A stretch of 64,000 nucleotides of DNA from Pseudomonadales bacterium (GTDB lineage Bacteria; Pseudomonadota; Gammaproteobacteria; Pseudomonadales; Azotimanducaceae). The DNA lies in assembly GCA_028281005.1 (NCBI GenBank), contig JANQKS010000026.1:5300-69299 (forward strand), given 5' to 3'. Positions 18,913 through 27,760 of the stretch are shown here, piece by piece. The position numbers were made by a program, and so were the translations under genes. Each line of letters opens with the position of its first letter. The first letter of the stretch is position 1. The notes beneath the pieces were generated by a model. It saw only the letters and a program-made list of their open reading frames with translations. It ran no database searches and was not told the origin of the DNA.

Positions 18913-18960
18913 GCAGGCCGGTTAGATCGAAATAGGAGTTCCCTAGCGCTGGGAAACACA

Positions 18961-19884
18961 ATGACACAATCCGTCCTCACCACCAACCTCCCCCTCCCCA
19001 ACAAACGCACCGGCAAAGTCCGCGACCTCTACGACGTCACTCTGCCCACCGGCGAAGACGCTCTGCTCATTGTCGCCACCGACCGTATCAGCGCCTTTGA
19101 TGTGGTCATGGCCAACGGTCTACCCGGCAAAGGGATTGTCCTGACTCAGATGGCCAAGTTCTGGTTTGATTTCTTTGCGGACAGCGTTAGCCATCATCTG
19201 CTCAGCACCGACGCCGCCGACATACCCGGGCTTAGCGACGCCGAGCGTGCACCCCTGGCAGGGCGCGTTATGTTGTGTAAACGTACCGAGGTGATACCCA
19301 TTGAGTGTATTGCGCGCGGCTACATTACCGGCAGTGGCTGGAAAGATTACCAAACCAGCGGCACGGTGTGCGGCATCCAGTTGCCGACAGGATTACACAA
19401 CAGCGACCGCTTACCAGAACCGTTGTTCACCCCGTCCACCAAGGCCGCCAGCGGTCATGATGAGAACATCAGCTTTGCCGAAGGGGCGGCTATCGTCGGC
19501 GATGAGCTGATGCAGTGGTTGAGCGCTACAACCCTGAGTTTGTATAGCCGCGCCCGGGATCATGCCGCCGAGCGTGGCATCATCCTGGCCGACACCAAGT
19601 TTGAGTTTGGCCGCGTACACGGCGTAGGCACGCCGCTGCTCATCGACGAAATTTTTACCCCCGACAGTTCACGCTTTTGGCCCGCGGATGATTGGCAGCC
19701 TGGTCAAGAACAAGCCAGTTTCGATAAACAGATTGTGCGTAACTATTTAGAAACCGTGGTGGCCGCGGGGCAATGGGACAAAACACCGCCGGGGCCAACT
19801 TTGCCCGATGACGTTGTAGAGCGTGCCCTTGCCCGTTATCTCGAGGCCCATCAGCTGTTAACCGGCGATAGCCTGCAGTTGTAA
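18961..19884 (+). CDS. purC: Phosphoribosylaminoimidazole-succinocarboxamide (SAICAR) synthase
   Basis: GKVRDLYDV, LLIVATDRISAFDVVM, ADTKFEFG: long-form PurC motifs. Confidence 0.9.
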   Translation: MTQSVLTTNLPLPNKRTGKVRDLYDVTLPTGEDALLIVATDRISAFDVVMANGLPGKGIVLTQMAKFWFDFFADSVSHHLLSTDAADIPGLSDAERAPLAGRVMLCKRTEVIPIECIARGYITGSGWKDYQTSGTVCGIQLPTGLHNSDRLPEPLFTPSTKAASGHDENISFAEGAAIVGDELMQWLSATTLSLYSRARDHAAERGIILADTKFEFGRVHGVGTPLLIDEIFTPDSSRFWPADDWQPGQEQASFDKQIVRNYLETVVAAGQWDKTPPGPTLPDDVVERALARYLEAHQLLTGDSLQL

Positions 19885-19890
19885 CTCTGC

Positions 19891-20277
19891 GTGGATTGGG
19901 AGCGTTACAAAGCGTTGTGTGACCAGCCTGATTATTGGTCACGGTGGATGTTGGAGCAGTGTGTGGAATTGTTCCAACAGTTGGATGAAGGGGAGCTAAG
20001 CCAGCGCTTAATGGAAACATTGCAGGCGCCGCCGCTGGCCACGCCGGCGGATCATCGCGGACCTCCGGCCACGCAAATGCACCATTTAGAGCTGCTGCCG
20101 TCTCAGCGCGTCGCGGCGCTTGCCGCGATGCAGCGAGCGGTCAGCGAAGGATTAACAACCTCGGGCACTGCACGGCGCGGCTTAGGCGGCTTCATCGCCG
20201 CATGGCAAGAATATGCAGAATATCCTGGTGTAACAGCAGTGAGCGGGGAGGTGGGAGACGTATGCACAAAGTCTTGA
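19891..20277 (+). CDS. Hypothetical protein
   Basis: 128-aa ORF with a GTG start, no recognisable motif. It overlaps the biotin carboxylase start by 16 nt, suggesting co-transcription. Confidence 0.4.
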   Translation: MDWERYKALCDQPDYWSRWMLEQCVELFQQLDEGELSQRLMETLQAPPLATPADHRGPPATQMHHLELLPSQRVAALAAMQRAVSEGLTTSGTARRGLGGFIAAWQEYAEYPGVTAVSGEVGDVCTKS

Positions 20278-21590
20278 TCGCCAACCGCGGTGCGATCGCC
20301 CGCCGGGTCGTTCGCGCCTGCCACCAACTTGGTCTAAAAAGTGTGGTGGTGTATTCAGAAGCGGATGCGGGCGCTCCCTATCTAGAAGAAGCCAGCGAAG
20401 CCTACGCGCTGCTGGGTGTCACCCCCAAAGACACCTACTTGAACCAGGCTGTGTTGTTAGCCATAGCGCGGGACAGTGGTGCTGACGCCATCCACCCCGG
20501 CTACGGTTTTTTAGCGGAGAACGTCGATTTTGCCGAGGCGGTGTTGCAGCAAGGGATTACCTTTATCGGTCCGCGTCCTACTTGGCTGGCGCAAATGGGT
20601 GACAAAGTCGCAGCCCGCGCGTTGATGGCGCAGCATGGCTTCCCGGTATTTGCCGGTTCGGAACTCCTCACCGACCCGCAACAGGCCGCCGCACTGGCCG
20701 CTGACATTGGCTACCCGGTGATGGTCAAGCCCACCGGCGGTGGCGGTGGCATGGGGATGGTGGTGGTTGAGGATGAGTCCGATCTGGCCAATGCCATGGC
20801 ACAAGCCAGCGCCATTGCCGGCAGCGCATTTGCCGACAGCGGCGTCTACTTGGAGCGATATCTGTCGCATCCGCGCCACATCGAGTTCCAAATATTGGCA
20901 GACGGGCGGGGTAACGCCTTACATCTGTATGAGCGGGAGTGTTCGGTACAGCGGCGTAATCAGAAACTCCTGGAAGAAAGCCCTGCGCCTGGTTTGGATG
21001 CGGATCAGGTGGCTGCCGTTGCGCAACAGGCTGCCGCGGTGTGCGCGCAGCTGGGTTATGACAACGTCGGCACGTTGGAAAGCTTGTTTACGCAGGACCA
21101 AAAGGTTGGATTTCTCGAGATGAATACGCGCATACAGGTGGAGCATGGGGTCACCGAAGCAGTTACCGGTTGTGACCTGGTGGCCACCCAGATTGCCTTG
21201 GCGGACGGCGCGGATCTGCCGTCCCAGCCGCCGCTTGATGGTTTTGCCATGGAGGTGCGCCTGTACGCCGAAGACCCGGACACGCTGCTACCTTCAACGG
21301 GTCGGCTGGCGGTGTTCCGTCCGCCCAACATGCAGGGTTTGCGGGTCGAAACAGGGTATCAGGAGGGGCAGATCTTGACCCCCTACTATGATGCTATGCT
21401 GGCTAAACTGATTGCGCATGGGGATACCCGGGAAAAAGCCATTGGCCGGCTGCTGGTGGGCTTGAAGGCTTTTGAGGTGGTGGGCGTAAAAACCAATGCC
21501 GCGCTGCTGATGTCGATCCTACAACACCCGCGGTTCTTGAATGGCCAAGTGGATACGGGTTTGGTGGATGCCATTCGGCAGAACCAGTGA
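20262..21590 (+). CDS. Biotin carboxylase subunit of an acyl-CoA carboxylase
   Basis: MHKVLIANRGAIARRVVRAC, HPGYGFLAEN, MVKPTGGGGGMGM, EMNTRIQVEH. ATG 20262 is preceded by GGGAGGTGGGAG. The ORF ends without BT or BCCP domains. Confidence 0.9.
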   Translation: MHKVLIANRGAIARRVVRACHQLGLKSVVVYSEADAGAPYLEEASEAYALLGVTPKDTYLNQAVLLAIARDSGADAIHPGYGFLAENVDFAEAVLQQGITFIGPRPTWLAQMGDKVAARALMAQHGFPVFAGSELLTDPQQAAALAADIGYPVMVKPTGGGGGMGMVVVEDESDLANAMAQASAIAGSAFADSGVYLERYLSHPRHIEFQILADGRGNALHLYERECSVQRRNQKLLEESPAPGLDADQVAAVAQQAAAVCAQLGYDNVGTLESLFTQDQKVGFLEMNTRIQVEHGVTEAVTGCDLVATQIALADGADLPSQPPLDGFAMEVRLYAEDPDTLLPSTGRLAVFRPPNMQGLRVETGYQEGQILTPYYDAMLAKLIAHGDTREKAIGRLLVGLKAFEVVGVKTNAALLMSILQHPRFLNGQVDTGLVDAIRQNQ

Positions 21591-21615
21591 AAGTCGATCG
21601 CAAGGGGAAAGAGAC

Positions 21616-21837
21616 ATGGCTCGACACGAAGTAGAAAGCGAAGTCACCGGTAATGTCTGGAAGGTATTGATGACACCGGGCGCGGCGGTGAGCGAAGGGG
21701 ATGTCATCATGATTCTGGAATCAATGAAGATGGAGATTCCGGTGGAATCCCCGAGCGACGGCACCTTGGCGGAAGTTTGTGTCGCCGAAGAGCAACAGGT
21801 GGAAGAAGATCAGTTGTTAGCCGTGGTTGAAGCATGA
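21616..21837 (+). CDS. Stand-alone biotinyl/lipoyl carrier domain protein (BCCP-like, 73 aa)
   Basis: GDVIMILESMKMEIPVESP contains the (A/S)MKM biotinylation motif. Start ATG 21616. Confidence 0.8.
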   Translation: MARHEVESEVTGNVWKVLMTPGAAVSEGDVIMILESMKMEIPVESPSDGTLAEVCVAEEQQVEEDQLLAVVEA

Positions 21838-22011
21838 CCAACGCGCCATCCAACCACTGCGTGGACCCCACGCAACATATGTGTGTCGGCATGGAGGTTA
21901 ATTGCAACCATTTGCGTGGCGTCTAACCGCAGCGGTGATCCCGGTCAGCCAGTGAAGTCGGTCTGGTGCGGATTGTGTTAGCATCCCGCGGCTAATTTCA
22001 GGGGAAGCAAT

Positions 22012-22824
22012 ATGAACGAAGATCTGGTCACCATAGATATCACTGACGGTGTTGCCGATGTGCGGCTAAACCGCCCAGACAAATACAATGCTTTGAGCTC
22101 GGATATGTTCAAAGCCATCATAGCGGCGGGTGAAAGCTTAGCTGAGGCAAAAGAGGTACGCGCCGTCGTGTTGTCCGGCAACGGGCGCGGCTTCTGTGCA
22201 GGCTTGGATATGGAGAGTTTTGCCGGTATGGCGGGTGACAGCGGCGACGGCGGTGGTACCGATGGTTTGCTCAAGCGGGATGAGCGGCCGGAAAACCACG
22301 CACAACGCCCCGCCTATGTCTGGAAACGCCTGCCGGTGCCGGTCATCAGCGCGGTACACGGCGTGGCCTTTGGGGGTGGTGCGCAAATAGCCTTGGGGGC
22401 GGATATCCGCATTGCCGCGCCGGACGCCAAAATCTCCGTCATGGAAATTAAGTGGGGTCTTATTCCGGATATGAGCCTGACGCAAACGTTGCGTGATCTG
22501 GTGCCTCTGGATGTCGCTAAAGAACTGACGTTTACCGGGCGGGTGCTCAGCGGCGAGGAAGCCAAACAAATTGGTTTGGTGACCCACGTATCCGCAGATC
22601 CACTGGATCACGCCATGCAGTTGGCCCAGGAGATAGCCGGTAAGAGCCCAGATGCGATACGTGCCGGTAAACAACTATTGGAAGCCAGCTGGCGTGCGGA
22701 TGAGCGCACCGGTCTGGAGCTGGAATCTTCGCTGCAGATGGCTTTAATTGGCTCGGACAATCAGAAAGAAGCTGTGATGGCAAATTTCGAAAAGCGCGCG
22801 CCGGAATTTAAGAACCCGGAGTAA
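22012..22824 (+). CDS. Enoyl-CoA hydratase/isomerase (crotonase) family protein
   Basis: VVLSGNGRGFCAGLD and AVHGVAFGGGAQIALGADIRIA are typical crotonase-fold oxyanion-hole segments. Confidence 0.85.
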   Translation: MNEDLVTIDITDGVADVRLNRPDKYNALSSDMFKAIIAAGESLAEAKEVRAVVLSGNGRGFCAGLDMESFAGMAGDSGDGGGTDGLLKRDERPENHAQRPAYVWKRLPVPVISAVHGVAFGGGAQIALGADIRIAAPDAKISVMEIKWGLIPDMSLTQTLRDLVPLDVAKELTFTGRVLSGEEAKQIGLVTHVSADPLDHAMQLAQEIAGKSPDAIRAGKQLLEASWRADERTGLELESSLQMALIGSDNQKEAVMANFEKRAPEFKNPE

Positions 22825-22849
22825 ACCGAGAACCAAACCAGAGTTAAGC

Positions 22850-24403
22850 ATGAGTTGGGAAGCCGAAATCAAGGAGCTGGAGCGCCGCCGCTATTTGGCC
22901 AAGCAGCAGGGCGGCAGTGAAGGTATCGCCAAACAGCATGCCAAAGGTCGCTTAACCATCCGTGAGCGTATAGACGCATTACTCGACCCCGACAGCTTTC
23001 GCGAACACGGGCGGGCCACCGCGAGCCCAGTGTACGACGACAACGACGAGCTGGTGGAGTACGCACCGGCCAACTATGTGGTTGGTTTTGGCAAGATTGA
23101 TGAGCGGCGCGTTGTGGTGGGTGGTGAAGATTTTACCCTCAAAGGCGGTTCACCCAATGCCGCGGGCCTGCGTAAAAGTGTCTATGCGGAACACTTAGCC
23201 GTGCAATACCGCGTGCCGTTGGTACGCATGTTGGAAGGTGGCGGCGGTAGCGTTAAAGGCTCAGCCAAAAAGGGTGGCACCGTGGGCGAACCGGTGTTTA
23301 CTGAGCCGCGTTTTAAGATCATTGCGGACGCCATGTCGGAAGTGCCGGTGATTTCCGGCGCCATGGGCGCTGTAGCAGGTTTCCCCGCCGGGCGTTTGGT
23401 GGCGTCTCATTTTTCAGTCATGACCCGGCATACTGCGCAAATTTTGATCGGCGGGCCGGCGCTGGTCGAGCGCGCCCTAGGGGTCAAAATGAGCAAAGAC
23501 GAGCTCGGCGGTGCGCAAGTGCATGCCAGCAGCGGTATCGTCGACAATCTGGCGGAAGACGAATACGACGCCTTTGCCCAGATTCGGCGCTACTTAAGTT
23601 ACCTCCCCAGCAGCGTGTATGAACGCACACCGCGCTATGACAGCGATGATCCGGTGGAGCGAATGGAACAGGCATTGCTCGACATCGTACCGCGGGAGTC
23701 GAATACACCCTTCGATATGCGCGCCATCGTCAACATGGTGATGGACACAGGCAGCTTTTTTGAGATTGGCGCTACTTATGGGCCCAGTCAGATATGTGGG
23801 TTGGCGCGCCTCAATGGGCAACCGGTTGGCGTGTTGGCCAACGACTGTCGTTTCTATGCGGGTGCTATGACCGCAGAAGCGGCGCAGAAATATCGGCGCT
23901 TTGTAGAGACTTGCGACACCTTCCATCTGCCTATCGTAAACTTTGTCGATCAGCCGGGGTTTATGATCGGGCCGGAATCGGAGCAAGCCGGCACCATACG
24001 CTACGGCATGGCGGCCGTGGCAGCTGCGGCCCAGGCCACTGTGCCTTGGGCTGTTATCCAAGTGCACAAAGGTTTTGGCGTGGCCACCGCTGCGCACTAC
24101 GCGCCAGGCGCCTACGTGTTGGCGTGGCCGTCCGTGGAGTCCGGTGCGCTGCCGTTGGAGGGTGGTGTAGCGGTAGCATTCCATCGGGAGATTGCCGCTG
24201 CGGAGAATCCGGAAGCCAAACGCAAAGAGTACGAAGATCGCTTGCGCGAGGGGCGTTCACCTTTCCCGCGGGCGGAATCTTTTGCCGTGCATGAATTGAT
24301 CGACCCCCGTGAAACACGGCCGCTGTTGTGTGAGTGGGTGGATTGGATACAACCACAGCTGGATACCTTGGTGGGTCCGGTACGTTTTGGAATGCGGCCT
24401 TAA
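22850..24403 (+). CDS. Acyl-CoA carboxylase carboxyltransferase (beta) subunit
   Basis: 517 aa with the two-domain carboxyltransferase pattern (GGEDFTLKGGS..., VDQPGFMIGPESE, GMAAVAAA), resembling PccB/MccB/AtuC-type subunits. Confidence 0.9.
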   Translation: MSWEAEIKELERRRYLAKQQGGSEGIAKQHAKGRLTIRERIDALLDPDSFREHGRATASPVYDDNDELVEYAPANYVVGFGKIDERRVVVGGEDFTLKGGSPNAAGLRKSVYAEHLAVQYRVPLVRMLEGGGGSVKGSAKKGGTVGEPVFTEPRFKIIADAMSEVPVISGAMGAVAGFPAGRLVASHFSVMTRHTAQILIGGPALVERALGVKMSKDELGGAQVHASSGIVDNLAEDEYDAFAQIRRYLSYLPSSVYERTPRYDSDDPVERMEQALLDIVPRESNTPFDMRAIVNMVMDTGSFFEIGATYGPSQICGLARLNGQPVGVLANDCRFYAGAMTAEAAQKYRRFVETCDTFHLPIVNFVDQPGFMIGPESEQAGTIRYGMAAVAAAAQATVPWAVIQVHKGFGVATAAHYAPGAYVLAWPSVESGALPLEGGVAVAFHREIAAAENPEAKRKEYEDRLREGRSPFPRAESFAVHELIDPRETRPLLCEWVDWIQPQLDTLVGPVRFGMRP

Positions 24404-24441
24404 GTCTGCTTGAGACCGGTAGTTAGTAGTTGGAGTAAAAC

Positions 24442-25314
24442 ATGAGTATTTCTTTTGAAAATCAAGTCGCCGTCGTGACCGGCGCCGGTGGTGGTTTGGG
24501 CCGCTGCCATGCCCTGGAATTGGCTAAGCGCGGTGCCAAGGTAGTGGTGAATGACCTTGGTGGCGCCATGGACGGCACCGGTGGCTCTTCGGCTGCCGCC
24601 GAGGCGGTGGTCGCAGAGATCAAAGCCGCGGGTGGTGAAGCCATTGCCAATGGCGGTAGCGTCTCCGATCGTAGCGGCGCAAAAAGCATGGTAGAGGACG
24701 CCATGAACGCCTGGGGCCGCGTGGACATACTGATTAACAACGCCGGCATATTGCGTGATAAGTCTTTTGCCAAAATGGAGTTGGATGATTTTGCCGTGGT
24801 CATGGACGTGCATCTAATGGGTGCGGTGAACTGTACCCACGCGGTGTGGCCCATCATGCGCGAACAAAACTACGGACGTATCTTGATGACCACGTCTCCG
24901 ACAGGCCTATACGGCAACTTCGGCCAAACTAACTATGGGGCCGCTAAGCTGGCGCAAGTGGGATTTATGCATTCACTCAAGATTGAAGGGGCTAAAAATA
25001 ACATTCACACCAACACCGTTGCGCCGGTTGCCGCCACACGTATGACGGAAGATCTAATTCCGGAAGCAGCGCAGGCGCAATTGGGCCCGGAACTGGTGAC
25101 GCCGGCGGCAATTTTCCTGGTCAGCGAAGGCGCACCCAATGGCGTTATCCTGCAAGCTCAGGGCGGCAAGTTCTCAACCGCGATTATAGTCGAGAACGAA
25201 GGCGTGGAGCTGGGTGTCGATGCGGATGCAGACGACATCGCGGCCAATTATGAGCAAATTGTGGATCTCACCGGCGCCAAGCCGCGCGGTATGCTGCAAT
25301 TGAGCGCCATGTAG
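24442..25314 (+). CDS. SDR-family dehydrogenase (MFE-2 / 3-hydroxyacyl-CoA dehydrogenase-like)
   Basis: VAVVTGAGGGLGRCHALELAKRGAKVVVNDLGG and NYGAAK (YxxxK). N-terminus resembles the multifunctional-enzyme type 2 dehydrogenase domain. Confidence 0.85.
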   Translation: MSISFENQVAVVTGAGGGLGRCHALELAKRGAKVVVNDLGGAMDGTGGSSAAAEAVVAEIKAAGGEAIANGGSVSDRSGAKSMVEDAMNAWGRVDILINNAGILRDKSFAKMELDDFAVVMDVHLMGAVNCTHAVWPIMREQNYGRILMTTSPTGLYGNFGQTNYGAAKLAQVGFMHSLKIEGAKNNIHTNTVAPVAATRMTEDLIPEAAQAQLGPELVTPAAIFLVSEGAPNGVILQAQGGKFSTAIIVENEGVELGVDADADDIAANYEQIVDLTGAKPRGMLQLSAM

Positions 25315-25318
25315 GCGA

Positions 25319-25507
25319 ATGGCGGTATTCATCCTCACGCTGGCGTTGTCGCTGTTCATTGCAGGCGGCATTTGGCTGACGGTCGGCAGCCGTTTGCAGC
25401 TCAGCGAAGATGACGAACAAAATGAGTGGCTGAATTTTGCGGCCTACTATTTGGGCGCGGTACCGCTCAGCTTTGTGCTCATCTTTTTTGGCATAGGCGG
25501 CTTGTAG
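25319..25507 (+). CDS. Small hypothetical membrane protein (2 predicted TM helices)
   Basis: 62-aa ORF 5 nt after the SDR stop, with two hydrophobic stretches. No homology evidence available here. Confidence 0.4.
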   Translation: MAVFILTLALSLFIAGGIWLTVGSRLQLSEDDEQNEWLNFAAYYLGAVPLSFVLIFFGIGGL

Positions 25508-25569
25508 CGAGCCGCTGTGCCCCGCGTTTGTGCTGCTTAGTGCTGCTAGGCAAGCTGGCGCAAAGCTGC

Positions 25570-25722
25570 CTAGTTGTACCCTAAGACAAATCCGTTGCTG
25601 TCTTCTTCCGCCACCTGTGACGTTTGAGGCTCGTGGTTGGAGTCATTCTGTTCCGGTTGCAGCTGCATTTCTGCAGGGGTTGAATTGCGTTCGCTTTCGT
25701 CTGCTTGGCTTTGAGAGTTCAT
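25570..25722 (-). CDS. Possible small acidic protein (50 aa)
   Basis: Internal ATG of ORF 25570-26022 (MNSQSQADESERNS...) with AAGGAC about 7 nt upstream. The upstream part of that ORF is Arg-rich and looks non-coding. Weak call. Confidence 0.25.
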   Translation of the reverse strand: MNSQSQADESERNSTPAEMQLQPEQNDSNHEPQTSQVAEEDSNGFVLGYN

Positions 25723-26114
25723 TGTTTGTCCTTTCTTACGCACTGTTTGGTTTACGCTTGAAGGTCTCGAAGGGCCTGCCGGGGGTGTTTGCGGAAGGCC
25801 TTGGTAAGACCTTCTTGCTAAAGGTCTATTTACGTGGCGGCGATACGCACAGCCACCAGTTTTGCTGCCAGTACCAACACGCACCGCACACAGCGCGCCG
25901 CGGCCAGGTTGGCAGCTGCGTGTTGCGTGTTGCGTTTGTCTGTGTACGGCATCGGTGCAAAGCTCGTTTAAAATAGACCTATGGCGGTGACGATTAGCGT
26001 ATGTCGCGTTACACGTCACCAACCGGCGCGGATATTAGGACGGTTTGCCGCGGTTGCCAAGGATTTTTATCACAAAACGGCACCCACACTAACTACCAAG
26101 ACAAGAGGAGCAAT

Positions 26115-26726
26115 ATGAAGCTGCCGTTAGACCCAGATGTGGTGAAAGGTTTTTTGCATCCGCAAGAGGGTGAACGTCTCTATGAATTGGCGGTCAGCGC
26201 CTCTGCGCTGGGCCCTGGCTTGGAGGTCGGCAGCTACTGTGGAAAGTCAACGCTTTACCTCGGTGCGGGTGTTGCCGAAGCCGGCGGTCAGCTGTTTGCC
26301 TTAGACCACCACCGCGGCTCGGAAGAACACCAGCTGGGAGAGGAGTACCACGATCCGGAACTTTTTGATGCACAAGCGCAGCGCATGGACTCGTTACCCA
26401 CGTTCCGGCGCACCTTATCGCGCGCCCGATTGGAAGACTGCGTGATACCGTTGGTGGCATCCAGCGCCCAAGCAGGCCGCTACTGGCAAATCCCGTTGGG
26501 TTTTGTGTTCATTGACGGTGGCCACAGCCTGCAGGCGGCCATGACGGACTACCAAACCTGGGTGCGACACATTGTGCCCGGTGGTTTTCTTGCCATTCAC
26601 GATATCTTTCCCGATCCGGCCGACGGTGGCCAGGCGCCTTATGCCATTTACCAGTTGGCGCAGGCTTCCGGGCAGTTTGAAGTATTGCCGATGACGCGGA
26701 CGCTAGGCGTATTACAACGCCTTTAG
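26115..26726 (+). CDS. Class I SAM-dependent methyltransferase (Methyltransf_24-like)
   Basis: ATG 26115 preceded by GAGGAG. GLEVGSYCGKST (motif I-like) and FVFIDGGHS. The track start 26001 is an extension. Confidence 0.7.
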   Translation: MKLPLDPDVVKGFLHPQEGERLYELAVSASALGPGLEVGSYCGKSTLYLGAGVAEAGGQLFALDHHRGSEEHQLGEEYHDPELFDAQAQRMDSLPTFRRTLSRARLEDCVIPLVASSAQAGRYWQIPLGFVFIDGGHSLQAAMTDYQTWVRHIVPGGFLAIHDIFPDPADGGQAPYAIYQLAQASGQFEVLPMTRTLGVLQRL

Positions 26727-26749
26727 ACGCTTTTGAGCGCCTATGAAGC

Positions 26750-27760
26750 CTATAGAGGATCGTGGTGGTTAAACAGTTGGTGCGCGGGTGTGAGCTGAAA
26801 CAAGGCGTCCGCCGCCAGCAGCACGGCGGCTGCGGTCCAAGAGGGCCGTTCGTCCGGCCAATGTACATCGTCTTTGAACACGTAACCGGTCCACCAGCTG
26901 CCGTCTTCGACTTGAAAACGCTGGATATCGTTAAACAGCTGCGAGGCCTTTTGGTGTTCTCCGGCGCTGACACAGGCCATGATCAGTTCGCAGGTTTCCG
27001 CCACGGTTACCCAGGGCTCTTCAACCACGCAACGACAGCCTAAATCTGGCTCGATAAACTCGTGCCACCGCGCTTCGAGCCGCGCCTTTGCCTCCGCCCC
27101 GCGCACCACGCCGGTGAGCACCGGATAAAACCAATCCATTGAATAGCGCGCCTTAGATGTCCAGGTTCGGTCAAACAGGTGCGGTTTGTGCACAATGGCC
27201 TGGCCGAGACGTTCGCGTGCAACAAGCCAACGGGTCGGGTCTTCACCCAAGGTGACAGCGAGGTTGGCGGTACATTGCAGAGATTTGTAGATGGAGCTGC
27301 AACCAGTCACCAACGCATCGCAACTGATGCCTTTTTCCGCGTCCACCGCCCAATACACTTCACCTGCTTCGGTTTGCAGCGCCAGTACAAAGTCCAGCGC
27401 ACGCTCAATCATAGGCCAGTACTTAACGACTGCCTCGAGGTCTCCGGTCGCTTGAAAGTAGTGCCACAAGCCGGTCGCCGGATAGGCGACAAAGTTGGTT
27501 TCGGCACGGGTGTCGTCAGCAGCGTCTTCATCTGCGTAGGCCGCATGCCAGGCACCATCTGGTCGTTGCGTGTCTTCCAGCCAGTCAAAGCCATGGCGGG
27601 CCGCCTGAGTGTATCCACCCACGGTCAGTCCCATTATCGCTTCCACATGATCCCATGGATCAACAATACCTCCGGCGAACCAGGGCAAGGCGCCTGAGTC
27701 AAGCTGCAGGTCGGCGATGAATGCGGCTGTGTTCGCCAGGCTTTTAGCGTTGTGGCTCAT
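26750..27760 (-). CDS. Prenyltransferase/terpene-cyclase-like alpha-alpha toroid repeat protein
   Basis: QW-type repeats TQRPDGAW and QVEDGSWW. 4-bp overlap with the upstream methyltransferase gene. Confidence 0.6.
   Translation of the reverse strand: MSHNAKSLANTAAFIADLQLDSGALPWFAGGIVDPWDHVEAIMGLTVGGYTQAARHGFDWLEDTQRPDGAWHAAYADEDAADDTRAETNFVAYPATGLWHYFQATGDLEAVVKYWPMIERALDFVLALQTEAGEVYWAVDAEKGISCDALVTGCSSIYKSLQCTANLAVTLGEDPTRWLVARERLGQAIVHKPHLFDRTWTSKARYSMDWFYPVLTGVVRGAEAKARLEARWHEFIEPDLGCRCVVEEPWVTVAETCELIMACVSAGEHQKASQLFNDIQRFQVEDGSWWTGYVFKDDVHWPDERPSWTAAAVLLAADALFQLTPAHQLFNHHDPL

Noticed and set aside
18743-18960. ZTP (pfl) or purine riboswitch controlling purC
   Set aside because: GUGACUGCGAAC loosely resembles part of the ZTP motif. 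The downstream CCGCCUGGGC-type pseudoknot partner and other conserved positions are absent, and the P1 stem is far longer than in purine riboswitches.
22138-24184. Long antisense ORFs (e.g. 22138-22674 minus, 23594-24184 minus; likewise 27179-27697 plus, 62169-62735 minus, 47009-47647 plus, 45023-45553 plus)
   Set aside because: These are shadow ORFs opposite strongly supported genes in G+C-rich DNA. Their translations are Arg/Gly/His-rich with no motifs.
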